From Isurus oxyrinchus (lineage: Eukaryota): a DNA stretch of 64,000 nucleotides. Of the stretch, positions 51,636-64,000 are shown in pieces (the first letter of the stretch is position 1; every line of letters begins with the position of its first letter). A program made the translations under genes and the position numbers. Below the pieces are notes generated by a model. It was given only the letters and a program-made list of their open reading frames with translations. It was not told the origin of the DNA and made no database searches. Where the stretch lies: positions 73,656,001-73,720,000 of the forward strand of contig JANJGN010000011.1 of assembly GCA_026770705.1 (NCBI GenBank), given 5' to 3'.

Positions 51636-52601
51636 GTGTGTCTGTCCCTTAGACATTTTCTGATAGCATTGCCTATAGAGGCACCAGTGTAAACCAATTA
51701 GATTAGCAGTGGTTATAAATTCCATTGCATTAAATCAGCAACACAAATGCAACATTAATTAACTTATTGTCTCTAATGTATCTGACCAGTGGAGGTCACT
51801 GATGAAGTTCAAAAAAGATTGGGTGAATTTTTTCTTCACGAAAGTGAAAGAAGTCAATGCTTGGAATCAAAAACTCCAACCAATTGTTTCACCTCATCTA
51901 ATCGTTAGTCACATCAGGGTCAGGTAAAGTACAATTGGCAGAACAAAAGTCCTTGTACTTAATTAATAGCATGCTTTAGTTTCGAGCTCAGAAAATTAAA
52001 GAGATTTTTTTTGGTTCTACTTTAAGACTTCTGAGCCAGTCAATGCTTGTTTAAAATTGTTCTCCCACACCCCCTTTAAACTGGGTTGAGGGGTCTGGAT
52101 TCATAGTTACATCCCAGAGGTGAACAAGCTGTGTGTAAACCCAAAATGCCACCCAGTTCCCTACTCATGAAGAGAAAACTGAAAATGTTGCCCCATTGGC
52201 ATCTGATAAGAGAAAATACATTCGAGGTTTCAACCCAAAATGCTGTCTTCTTCTCAGGCCTGCAATGTGTTTCCACCATGTTCTGTTTTAGATTTTCAGT
52301 TGGCATAGTTGTTCTGTTCATAACATTTGCTAAATCCTCCTTGTGCATTTTAAGTGAAATGGAAATCCTCTCAGAATTAACTTTACTTTGTAATTAACTA
52401 TTACGATAATTGTCCAGGAACTATTGGAAACATAATTGTACTCTCATAAAAATAAATAATTTTGCTGCTCTGATGCATTTGTTGCTACCTGACGTGTTAA
52501 AACCAAGAAGCAAAAACGTAACTGCCAAATGGAAAACAGAGGCAATGCTATACAGCTAGAAAGTCTACATTGAAAGATTTTAATATTGTGTATTTTGTTA
52601 C

Positions 52602-52902
52602 CTGCATTCTCATCAGATTGATTGAATCCACAGATCTGGCAGATTGATCGGACCCACTTGTTCATTTCTTCCTCAGTCTCTGCCACCAGATAAAATGTAC
52701 GGTCAATTGTCTTGATGTCAAACACAAAGCTGTCTTGAAATTCTTTCTTTTTGAATGTTAGTCCTGCATCAACTTGTTCACAGAAATGAAGATCAATCAC
52801 ACGGATTGGTTTTTTGGAATGATCATTCTTGTAGTACTCCAGGACATCAGGGTCTCCACTCATCCGTCCACTACGCAGAATGAACCAACGCTTCTTCCAG
52901 GT
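52602..52902 (-). CDS. GAB2: GAB2-like (GRB2-associated binding protein 2) coding exon 2, PH domain
   Basis: Minus strand reads tttcttag|ACC TGG AAG AAG CGT TGG... = [100 protein letters not shown](G), then G|gtaac donor. It is 301 bp, phase 0 to phase 1. The residues [25 protein letters not shown] and ICQICGFNQ match GAB2 better than GAB1 or GAB3, by recall. Confidence 0.93.
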
Positions 52903-53399
52903 CTAAGAAATGAATTTGATACGGGAACAGTTAAGGAGGTACACATTGCAATATGATTTCTATTCATTTCCATCATCGGCTTCTTTAATCTAGTTAGGTT
53001 TCTCATTACACATTGTTCAAAACATTCCAAGGCGTTTTCAGTTCTTTTTATATTATGGCAATGTGTTTTTGAAACCAGATTAAAACTGCTTAACTGATGT
53101 GCAAACCAAAGATGGAACTCTGATCCATAATGTCATGTGATGGGAGATCAGAGGTTTGATTTTCCACTGAGCCATATTCTATAAATTAGGTACCAAGTAA
53201 AGTGGTGATACCTTTCTATTGGGTAACTGAAAATTGGAAGGGATGATCTGGTCATTATCTTGTCCTGTACCTTCTGGTGACCAACCAGAGCGGGGTAGGT
53301 ATTGGTTCAGAAACTGGCCACTACATAGGCACAGGTTTGAGAAAGGATTTGTTCAAGGAACAAAAGCAAAGGATACATGGCATGGGGAGATTGTATTAA

Positions 53400-54215
53400 A
53401 AGAAAGAGTTATGGTGAATGATTGTTCCTCAGACAGGAGGAACGTATATAGTGTGGTTCTCCAGAAGTCAGTATTAGGACAACTGCTTTTCTTGACCCAT
53501 ATTAATGACCTTGACTTGGGTCTGCAGGGCACAGTTTCAAAATTTGTGGATGACACAAAACTTGGAAGAATTGTGAACTGAGAGGATAGACTTCAACAAG
53601 ACAGACAGACTGATGGAATGGGCGGACACATGTCAAATTAAATTTAATACACAGAAGCGCGCAATGATACATTTTGGTAGGAATGGCGAGGAGGGGTAAC
53701 ATAAAATAAAGGCTACAATTCTAAAGGGGATGCACAGGCAGAAGGGCCTGGGAGATATACAAGCACAATTCATTGAAGTGGCAGGGCAGCTTGAGAAAAT
53801 GATTAATAAGACATACGGGACCCTGGGTTTTATAAATAGTCAAGAGTATAAAAGCAAGAAAGTTCTGATGAATCTCTCTCAAACACTGATTCAGCCCCCT
53901 TTGGAACTTTTGTGGTAGGAAGGATGGGAATGCATTAGACAGGGTACAAAAAAAGTTACGAGAATGATGAAGAACCTCGGCTATGTAGACAAATTGATGA
54001 AGCTGGAAGTGTTCTTGGAGAAGGTTGAAAGGACATTTGATATAGGTGTTCAAAATGATGAGGGGTGTAACAGAGTAGATAGTGAGAGACTGCAGTCATT
54101 AGCAGAAAGGTTGAGAACCAGAGGACACCAATTAGGGAGAAACCAAGGTGACACAAGGAAAAACTTTTTTATGTGGTGAGTGTTTAGTATCTGAAATGCA
54201 TTGCCTGAGAATGAG
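53400..54215 (+). mobile_element. Old CR1 RT fragment
   Basis: Reads VLQKSVLGQLLFLTHINDLDLG..KFVDDTKLG. Confidence 0.8.
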
Positions 54216-55024
54216 GTGGAATCATGACCATTGGCAAAAATATTTTCACATTTCTAGAATAAAATAAAAAGTATCTTCTCTGGGAATTATACTGTCCAAA
54301 TATTGAAGACATTCACAAAGTCTTAAAAGCGCCCACAATTACCCTTAAAGTGTGTTTGATTCATTATATAATGTGGACATGATTAGAGGTAGCATATTCA
54401 TATTTAATGAACCTACTTTAGCACTGTAGAAGTTTACAGAACCAAAATCCTATTGTTGCTGTGCCAGCTTTTTGCTTGGCCAAGTCAAAACAAATGCTAT
54501 TCCTCTGCTTTTTCCCTGTTGTCCTGTATCTTCTTTTGCTTCAAATATTTATCTGTTTATCTCTTTAAAAAAAACACTAGTTTGACCGTCAACTACTTCC
54601 ATGTGGCAAGGTATTCTATATTTTAATAACGTTTCCAATCCTTTGCATAAAGACATTTCTCCCAACCTTTCTCCGCACTACCTTGGTGACAATTATGAAT
54701 TGATGAACTCATAACTAACTCACTCCCAGTTGCCCATAAATGGACAATGTGGCAGCATTGGCTAGGTGAAGTTATGCATAATTTCCCATGAAAATATCAT
54801 TAGTATGAGCCCAAATGTAAAATCTCCCATTAATCAGGCAGTGTAATCGATATGTGACTGCAGCAGGGCATTCTCCAGTGGGATTGGCAGGAAACGAGCA
54901 ATCAACTAAGTGATCAATTCTCCTGGTCTTACTTGTTATCTCCAATTGGCTATTTTGATCTGCCCTTGGTACATTAGACTTTTGACTAATAACCGATTGT
55001 GTTATAAGATCCCATCTCAGATCA

Positions 55025-58000
55025 CGTTGTATGTTGATTGTGACTGGCTGAGGAATGATTGTGGAGACATAGATATGTCTGAAAAATAACTAGTTTATTG
55101 GATGAATGTAACTATATATAGATCTACAGACTACAGGTGTTACTGAGTCTAAGCCATGAGCTCTCCTCTCAACTCTTAGTTATCTGTCTGTATCTTACAT
55201 CATCATGTGGGCGGTACTGTTTCTCCAGTCCCATACATTAATCCTTTCAACCCTGAACACACTCTAATATTATATATCCCTCCCTAGTCTTTGTCCAAAT
55301 ATATTTTATTTACTGCCCCATCTCCCCCATGTCTCTAACTTCATAGATTCAAGCAGTCTGGAAGTTTCACGACTTTCCCAGAGCTGTTCTCATCACACTT
55401 GGAAGATCGGTAGTCTCCCTTTGACTTGGTTGGTCTTTGTTAAGAGTTGCAGTATCTGGTGCATTGTCAGTTTGTCTCTTCACATCTGGTTTTTCCAAAA
55501 TAATGGATGGTTCTCTTAGCTGGATCTAGATGTGATCCTCTTTTTCCTCTCCTTACTGGTATACCTATCGATCTGATGTTTCTCTCTCATGATTGGATTT
55601 TGAGAGTGCTTCCCTCTCTTTTTGTTTCCTATGTTCCTTAACCTTGTCTGTTGAGTTGACTCAGGTTCCTTTTGACATTTTAGTCCGTCTTTCTTTATTT
55701 TTAGAGTGATACCTCCTTGTAGCCTCTTGTTCATGAACTGTTGGGTAGTCCTGGATGACTGCCTCTGGAAATAATTGTTTATGCAGGACAGGAAGCTCTG
55801 AGGAAGGCATTTAATCAACACCTTGCCTTCCCTCAAATTCCAGTAAGCCTGGTGTAGCCGTAAGGTTAGTATCTTCCAATGTGGAAGAAGTGGATATTGT
55901 TAGGTTCGGTTCTGTCTCCAGTTCTGGACTTGTTTGACTGCTTGCATCCTGGACTACTGCTTTTGCTGGATGCACTTTAATCCACCATTGGATTAATGTG
56001 ATTTTGTACCAGTGTATTGTATCGCCCGAGTTTCACCTTCCACTTGCTCAGCAAGTCAGAGTAAGGAAGGATCCTGGTCATACTCAGGTGCTCATTGGTC
56101 CAATTGGTTCATCACCTCTTTGGTAATAACAAATATATTCTCTGTCTCCTGGACATCTTCCTCGAAAAGGGCTGGACTATTGACCCCTATGAAGAGTGTC
56201 AAAAAATCAGCACTGAAATCCCAATCTTCAATGCATTTGGACAGTTTGAGAGGCCCAGGTTTGGTATGAACAATGACTGTCTGTTGATTGCCATCCTCTG
56301 TTGTCTTGATGAGGTTGAGGTCCACAAAGGCGTTTAAGCTCAGAAGAGAAATCTCCTGATTGTGAATAACATATAACGTTTCCAGTACCTGTTTGTTCTT
56401 GTATTGGAGCGATGTTTGCAACATGCCTATGACTTGCAGCTTGATCCCTCTTGGACCATATGACTGGTTTTCCTTTTTCCTCAGCCAATGCATTATTAGC
56501 CATGTTTTGTTGTCGGACAAGACTTGCTCCTGTGTCCAATTTAAAATTAATGGAATGACCATTGACAAAAATATCAGCATTCGAGAATATGTGTCTGGGG
56601 TCTTTATCTCACCTAGGAGACACTGTTGTTCCTTTTGTTGTTGGGATTCCTCAATTTCCTTAATACCTTGTGTGCAAAGATTCTTTGTTATCCTTTTGTG
56701 TTTCTAGAGTTTTTAGTTCTGCGCATCTTTCCAAAGTGTCCAACCGTCTTACAATGAAAGCATTCTGCACTGGAGCTTTTTGGTGCCACAGCACTGGTAT
56801 GGTTTAATGGGTCTTTTCTTGAACTTTTATTCCTTATGGTGTCTCCTTCCCGAGAGTGTCTTAGAAATTCTTTTGTCTAATAAGCTGTACCATCATTGGG
56901 GGTTTTCTGAGCCATGGTTTGTCTTCTCCTCTGAGTATAGCTCTATTTTGTTTATGGACCTTTGTTTGTCTCACCAACTGTATTGCCTTCTCCAAAGTTA
57001 AGTCTTTTTTGGATTGCAGTAGGTCAGATAGGGTGCCATCGGTAACCCCAACTACAATGCGGTCTCATATCAACTCAGTTTTAAGATTATCATATTTGCA
57101 GCCGGTTGATATAGGTTATTGATAAAGGCATCCACTGGCTCACTAGTTTCTGGACACTTTTGTTAAATTTGGCTTTTTCCAATATCTTTGCTACTCCATA
57201 AATTAAACTAACTATCAAAGACTTTTAAGACTTCTTTAAATTTGTCTGATGTTTCATTAATGCTTTGTCTTGCTATTTCATTAGCAATTGCCCCAGTATA
57301 GTACAAAAGGGCATTGACTTGTTCAGCCTCAGACTTATTGTCCAATCTGGATGTGATTCCGAATCTTACAATTAGGCACGCTGGAGGGAGAGATTTTGTG
57401 TTTGATCTGATGCTTCCATATGCCCAAATTGGACTGGAAAGGTGGATTGGAGTACTTAGCTGTTTTAAGCTTTCAGGAGGTTTACCTTGATTTTTTTAAA
57501 CTTTGGTTGCAGTAAAGGAGTTTTCCCACGCTGATCAGCCTTTCATTGATACCCTTTGCGGTCACCTACCCTTTTTTGGTAATTGTTTCTAAACTTCCCA
57601 GTTTTAAAACTAATCGCTGGAAGTTACTATTAAGCTCTGTTCACTGTTTTCAATCTGCTGGAGAATTGTGTTTAAAGAGCTGAATTTTTTTCAAAAATTG
57701 CTGCCTTGCAGTTGCCACGTGTAATGGTGCTGACCTCCGACCCAGACTGCAGGGAGTCTGGAAACCTGTGCTCACTAGAAAAGGACTTTGCCCAGTGCTG
57801 CCTGCTTATTGTGCTTTTAATTTGAAGATTTTGAGCCTTATTCAAGGTTTGCTCACCCTTCCTCGATCATTACTAGGTTCTTTGGCTCTGCTGCTGGATC
57901 GGGATTTTTCACAGACCACCATGTGCTATGGTGTAACCCTTAGTGAGGTAAACAGTTGATTTTTTTCTGCCTCTCTGCCTTCATGTCTTCTCTGGAGCTC

Positions 58001-58366
58001 TTTTGGATATTTTCAACTGTCTCACCGAAGTCTTCAATTTTTGGCACCTTTATCCAGGTCAGACTTGCAAAGTTTTTTTTTTAAAAAGTTGATTTTCGAA
58101 GATTTCAGGGCCCTTCACAGCTGCCACCATATTGTATGTTGGTTGTAACTGGCTAAGGAATGATTGAAGAGTCATAGATATTTCTGAACAATAACTGGTT
58201 TATTGGATGAATATTTGGATATACAGACTACAGGTATTGCTCAGTCTAAGCCATAAGCTTTCTTCTTGACTTTTAGTCATGTGTCTCCTCTTAAATTATC
58301 TTGCCGGTGGTACTATTTCTATAGTCCCACACATTAACTCTTTCAACTGAACACCCTAATAGTACA
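55025..58366 (-). mobile_element. Degenerate Gypsy LTR element (second family), gag-protease only
   Basis: Direct LTRs about 55025-55274 and 58130-58366, PBS TGGTGGCAGCTG (58118-58129, tRNA-Leu-like), PPT near 55277. Zinc knuckle ECFHCKTVGHFGKMR, protease FKLDTGAS, and a pol-end motif SGKVVKLPDCLNL*. Confidence 0.85.
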
Positions 58367-59039
58367 AAATGAAGCCACTGGGGTATGTTCTGTGTAGCTG
58401 TAATTGACTAAATTCAGTTTAAATTAGTCGAAATTCAAAGTAATTGCAGCGGCAGCAGGAGAAATGAACTTGGGCCAGGCTTCACTTAACTTCTGTTCAC
58501 GGAAGGTAAGGTGATTAATGCAGGATTTACATGATCATTGGTGTCTGTGCACCAAGTCCTGGGTGCAATGTGGTGAACGCCCCCAATGGGTGTAATTGAT
58601 GGAAACTTGCCTTTCTGACATGGGGATGTGGACTGCTTCGGACAAATGGGCTTTGGTGCACAAGTTTGTGGATACTCAGATGTAAAGTAGCTATGAGTGC
58701 AACTCAGTTCTGTTTAAAATTCCAAAACCACTAGTTCATGCACCCAGATTTGTAGCTTGCTGGTTATGGGAACTACATTGAAATGAGGTGGAGATTGACA
58801 AAGCCCCAAATTTACTCTACTTTAATTGTATTTCCTGCAGATTAGACAGAGGTCATAAAAATCTCAGGCTCGCCTGTGTAACATACCTTTAATACCTCTA
58901 CTTCAGGGGCGGTTGAGGGAGAAATGGGCTGGCTGCATAATAGCCTACAAAGAATATCTGGATCAGAGATTCCTCATTCTTATAGTACAGAGGCTAACCA
59001 CAAGAAAGCTTTCATGTTGTAGGGTGCTTTCATTCCAGG

Positions 59040-59500
59040 AGATACCTAACAAATCAAAAAGTCTCTCTATCAGTCAAATGACAAATGCTATGTTTGCAAT
59101 GGGCAATGCCTTCATCACTTGTTTTATGGAAAGGGGTCATCAAATGGACAGACCAAGTTGCTTTTGCAGAGTGGAAGGGGGTTGCACTAAATGTCCCTTC
59201 GAAGCTGGGTGATTGCACAAAAGTTCTTACACAGGCTTCATGCAAGTCAGCCCATTTAAGCAGTTCTGCAAAAATATTAAAGGGGCCACCACTTAAACAA
59301 ATTGTATGTGCCACCCAAAAAGAATTCAGATGGTATATTGATTTATCCAGTTCAGAATGTTAAATGTGGCACCCATTAGGGCTTTTTCTAAGGCCACCAG
59401 GGGTTCTTAAGAATGGAAAGAGTTTGAACAGAATTATTATTCAAGTGGTATCTGACCATAGAGACATAATTTTGCATGGCAGTGAACAATATGCAATGTA
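59040..59500 (+). mobile_element. Decayed Harbinger (HARBI1-like) DDE transposase fragment
   Basis: Reads SISQMTNAMFAMGNAFITCFMERGHQMDRPSCFCRVEG, DCTKV (cf. IDCTHV) and IIIQVVSDHRDIILH (cf. NVQLVCDH..IL). Confidence 0.6.
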
Positions 59501-61169
59501 TTTGCAGGGTGACATTCCATAGTGCTCACAACATTTGAAGGTGAAGTAAACTCAGTGGATGTATTTTAGTAGAGCAGGGCTAGCTTCTGCATTTATGGCT
59601 GTTGATCCACCTGAAATGTCCCCCATCAGATGAGTCCCATGGCTTAGATACCACCACCTCCACCTTCCAGAAAAAGCACACCAGACTAAGGCACAATTGA
59701 CAGTGAGTACACCACAAAAGCACTTTATTGGTTATAAAGCTCTTTGGGACCTCCTGAGATTGTGAAAGGTACTATTTAAATCAAAGGCTTTTTGAAAGGG
59801 GCAATTATTGTGTACAATGCTACAAACAGTATCACCCAGAGAGTGCAGCAGCACCCAGCTTAGGCTCATAGTTGATGGGAAAGACAAGATATACGTGTAA
59901 AAGTAATAAGCACGTTTACCTTATTTGATAGCAGCAAACTTAACCTGTTATCAGAGACCTGTGTAACAGCACTGACATAAATCAGTGACCTTCCTTCGTG
60001 CAAGTGACAACCTGTGCTTTTCTTGGGAAGTGGCCTTCAGCCCCTAAAAGGAACATCCTTGTCTGGTGCACTACCTGCAGTAGTACCTTCAATTCTTCAG
60101 CAATAAATGGAAGAGTGTTGCCCACATGCCTCCATTATTGCACTGAAAATATCCTTGTGCAAGACTAAAGTGTATACTCATGCATTGCAAGCTTCCCCCC
60201 AGGAGCACAAAATTTCCGACTAATGTCTTTAAAATGTGGATCTACTTTGGGACAGTGGGGAATGCTGAATTTACACTTACATGTCTCCTTTAACATTTAC
60301 ATGCATTCAATGCTGGACTGATTACTGAAAAATGCCAATTTGATTTTGGTGACATCATAGAATTTAAAACGATTGAATAAATCAAATATGACATATTTGC
60401 ACCTCAGATTCTCAATTGGTTTCAAAAGAATTCCAGTTGCCCATGTATGAATTTCATGAGATTCTAAGAGTCCTAAACTCCCATTAGAGTGTAGATCTCC
60501 AAAAACTACAGGTGCTCACAGGGCTCGTGGACAATTGGGAAGATTATAGCTCCTTGTTAATGTATTTGTGAAATTCCACAGAAATTTATCAATGGTACAT
60601 ATATGCAGGCAAAAAGCAATGAGAGAGACAACAGTACAAATATAGTGCCATAAAAGCATTTTGTTCTGTCATATTCAAATGACCATTGAGTGTGACAAGA
60701 CTGTTTTAAAGTCATTTATCATAGCAGGCATAGAAAACATTTTCCACTTTACTGGCAGACACATTCCTGCAATAAATACTATGCAACACAGTACAGGTAT
60801 TGTTGAGGATCCCTTTCAATTACACTGGTAAAGTATATCAGTTCCAATTTCATGTGAGCAACTATCTTAGAGGTATTTGCTCATGTGGAACGTAAATTCT
60901 GACATCAATGAGATGGACCAAATGGCCTGTTTTATCTTAACTTCTACATGTGTCATTCACTTGTATGATATTATTGTGATATACTGGAGATAAGCCATAT
61001 AAAATCTCTGGATCTTGCTCCACCACAAGTGGGGTCAGAAGACAAAACTACCATAGCTCAGTGCTAGCACTCTTGTCTGAGTCAGTAGGTTGTGGGTTCA
61101 AATCCCACTCCAGAGACTTGAGAATAAAGTCTAGGTTGGCAGTGATGTATTGAGGGAGTGCTATAATAT

Positions 61170-63062
61170 CATAAGACCATAGACATAGGAGCAGAAATTA
61201 GGCCAATCGGCCCATCGAGTCTGCTCCACCATTCAATCATGGCTAATAAGTTTCTCAACCCCATTCTCCTGCATTCTCCCCGTAACCTTTGATCCCCTTA
61301 CCAATCAAGAACCTATCTATCTCGGTCTTAAATACACTCAATGACCTGGCCTCCACAGCTTTCTGTAGCAATGAATTCCATAGATTCACCACTCTCTGGC
61401 TAAAGAAGTTTCTCCTCATCTCTGATCTAAAAGGTCTTCCCTTTACTCTGAGGCTGTGCCCTCGGGTCCTAGTCTCTCCTACTAATGGAAACATCTTCCC
61501 CACGTCCACTCTATCCAGATCTTTCAGTATTCTGTAAGTTTCAATCAGATCCCCCCTCATCATTCTAAACTCCATCGAGTATAGACCCAGAGTCCTCATA
61601 TTTTAAGCCTTTCATTCCTGGGATCATTCTCGTGAACCTCCTCTGGGCCCTCTCCAGGGCCAGCACATCCTTCCTGAGATACCGGGCCCAAAATTGCTCA
61701 CAATATTCTAAATGTAGTCTGACTAGAGTCTTATAAAGCCTCAGCAGCACATCCCTGCTTTTATATTCTAGTCCTCTTGAAATAAATGCCAACATTGCAT
61801 TTGCCTACCTAACTACCGACTCAACCTGCAAGTTAACCTTAAGAGAATACTGGACTAGGACTCCCAAGTCCCTTTGCATTCCAGATTTCTGAATTCTCTC
61901 CCCATTTAGAAAATAGTCCATGCCTCTATTCTTCCTACCAAAGTGCATGACCTCACACTCCCCCACATTGTATTCCATCTGCCACTTCTTTGCCCATTCT
62001 CCTAACCTGTCTAAATCCTTCTGCAGCCTCCCTGCCTCCACAATACTACCTGTCCCTCCACCTACCTTTGTATCATCTGCAAACTTAGCCAGGATGCCCT
62101 CAGTTCCTTCATCTAGATCATTAATGTATAAAATGAAAAGCTGTGGTCCCAACACTGACCCATGCAGAACTTCACTAGTCACCGGTCACCATCCTGAGAA
62201 GGACCCCCTTATCCCCATTCTCTGCCTCCTGCCAGACAACCAATCTTCTATCCATGCTAATACCTTGCCTCTAACACCATGGGCTCTTACCTTACTGAGC
62301 AGCCTCCTGTGCAGCACCTTGTCAAAGGCCTTCTGGAAGTCCAAGTAGATAACATCCATTGGCTCTCCTTTATCTAAGCTACTCGTTATCTCCTCAAAGA
62401 ATTCTAACAGATTTGTCAGGCATGACCTTCCCTTGATGAAACCATGCTGACTTTGCCCGAATTTACCATGCACTTCCAAGTATTCGGAAATCACATCCTT
62501 AACAATGGACTCTAAAATCTTACCAACGACCGAGGTCAGGCTAATCGGCCTGTAATTTCCCATCTTTGGCCTCACTCCCTTCTTAAACCCGGGGGGGGGG
62601 GGGGGGGGAGAGATTACATTAGCGATTTTCCAGTCCTCTGGGACACTGACCCTCCCTGACAGATCACCACTAATGCTTCCACTATCTCTTCAGCTATCTC
62701 CTTCAGAGCTCTGGGGTGTAATCCATCTGGTCCAGGTGATTTATTCACCTTCAGACCTTTCAGTTTTCCTAGCACCTTCTCCTTGGTAACGGCCACCGTA
62801 CTCACCTCTGCCCCCCGACTCTCTTGAACTTCGGGGATGTCACTCGCGTGTTCCACTGTGAAGATTGATGCAAAATGTCTATTCAGTTCCTCCGCCATTT
62901 CTTTGTTCCCCACTACTACTTCTCCAGCGTCATTTTCCAGCAGCCCAACGTCCACTTTTTCCTCTCTCTTACCCTTAATATATCTAAAAAAACTCTTGCG
63001 ATCTTCTTTTATATTACTGGCTAGTTTATCCTCATATTTAATCTTCTCCCTCCTTATTTCTT
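61170..63062 (-). mobile_element. Young CR1 LINE, 5'-truncated (~1.9 kb)
   Basis: Long ORF pieces KSPGPDGLHPR, GNYRPISLTS..YLDFQKAFDKV, FADDTKVGG and LEYCEQFW, with few disablements. Confidence 0.95.
62591..62608 (+). repeat. Poly-G run (18 nt) inside the CR1
   Basis: Direct reading of the sequence. Confidence 0.9.
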
Positions 63063-63849
63063 ATCAGAAATATATCAGAGGTATTGGTCTCTTGGCTAAC
63101 TCAAGACCCTGTTGGTTCAGTCAGGGGAGTTCTCCACTGTGTCCTGGCCAAAATCTATCCTTCAACCAACATCACTAAAACAGAATATTTTGTCAACATT
63201 GTCTTGCTGTTTGTGGGAGTTTGCTGTGCACAAATTGGCTGCTGTGTTTCCCATATTATGACAGTGACTACGCTTTCAAAAGCAATTCATTGACTGTAAA
63301 GCATTTGAGATGTCCTGAGGACACATGACTACAAGTGGGACCAAACATTGGGAATCATGAAGCCTAGTTGGGCCATTATTGTATAGGACAGGTTTAAGGG
63401 ATCATATGGTATTTTCCTGTCCTCTTCATTTGTTTGTATGAGTGTGAGACCACCTACAGTGACTGTATAAATACATAATCAGGGGAACCAGCTTATTTAT
63501 ATCAGAGCTGCCAATACTTAATCCTGGTGTGAGACTTTCAGTTTGTTGATTGTATCTGAAATAGTATTCATTTTCAGGATTTGCACCACTTGTTGGACCT
63601 CAACTGTTAGCAGTGCATATCAAATGTGCTGCACTGATCTTCCAACAATTTATCGTTTATAAATAGCAAATAGCATGTACCTAGAGGGGTCTTGCTGCTG
63701 GGTGTGGCTCTCTGTTGTTTTATTGGAAATTTGTGCAAAAATTTGTATAAAAATAGAACATGGCTAAAACAGCCAAATAGTCAGTGTCTGTCATGTACAA
63801 CAAAGATCCACCAGTGGCATTAATATAGTCATCCTTTCTCTTTTTAATC

Positions 63850-64000
63850 AGAGACACAACCAATTCCTATTCACCACCACCCTCCTCACCCTGCCCTCCT
63901 CCACCTGGCTGAACTTGTTCTCACCTTGAACAACTGCTCTTTCAACTCCATTCACTATGGTCCACTGATTCCTACAGCTACCTTGAACTTCAATGAACTC
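63850..64000 (+). mobile_element. Penelope RT fragment (internally deleted)
   Basis: Reads LLHLAELVLTLNNCSFNSIH followed by PTDSHSYL-like ccactgattcctacagctacctt. Confidence 0.65.

Larger units (their letters stand above)
61050..63320 (+). mobile_element. DeuSINE (SacSINE1-like) split by a young CR1
   Basis: Head 61050-61168 (agctcagtg..gtgggttcaaatcccactccagagac). Deu domain and tail 63070-63320 (gtgtcctggccaa..ccttcaaccaacatcactaaaacaga..ctgtttgtgggag). Confidence 0.8.

Noticed and set aside
52444-52601. C-terminal extension of the 139-aa ORF ([11 protein letters not shown]...)
   Set aside because: This is read-through into the intron beyond the G|gtaac donor.
59910-59980. Possible alternative 5' exon upstream of the PH exon (AAG|GTAAAC on the minus strand)
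   Set aside because: The donor is moderate and the nearby ATG frame stops before it. It cannot be supported without transcript data.

Overview
Eukaryotic, repeat-dense vertebrate DNA, most likely from a cartilaginous fish (shark). This is inferred from the repeat inventory: SacSINE1/DeuSINE-type SINEs, abundant CR1 LINEs, Penelope-like elements and Harbinger derivatives. The window lies inside a GAB2-like adaptor gene on the minus strand. The only confident host coding exon is the 301-bp PH-domain exon at 52602-52902; the rest is intron filled with CR1 and L2 LINEs, DeuSINEs, Penelope fragments carrying minimal hammerhead ribozymes, Harbinger remnants, solo LTRs and three degenerate Gypsy LTR elements. 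The most notable observations are five. (1) A non-autonomous Gypsy copy has most of its RT/RNaseH/integrase replaced by about 570 bp of host-like coiled-coil coding sequence resembling the UACA/RAI14/ANKRD24 family. (2) That copy and its sister share a protease D-to-G change and the same RT deletion junction. (3) A solo LTR ends in an array of repeated LTR-terminus plus tRNA-Leu PBS-like units. (4) A candidate phase-matched internal first exon would give a PH-less GAB2. (5) Several Penelope-associated hammerhead ribozymes are present. All calls come from manual reading with no database searches, and the boundaries of old repeats are approximate.
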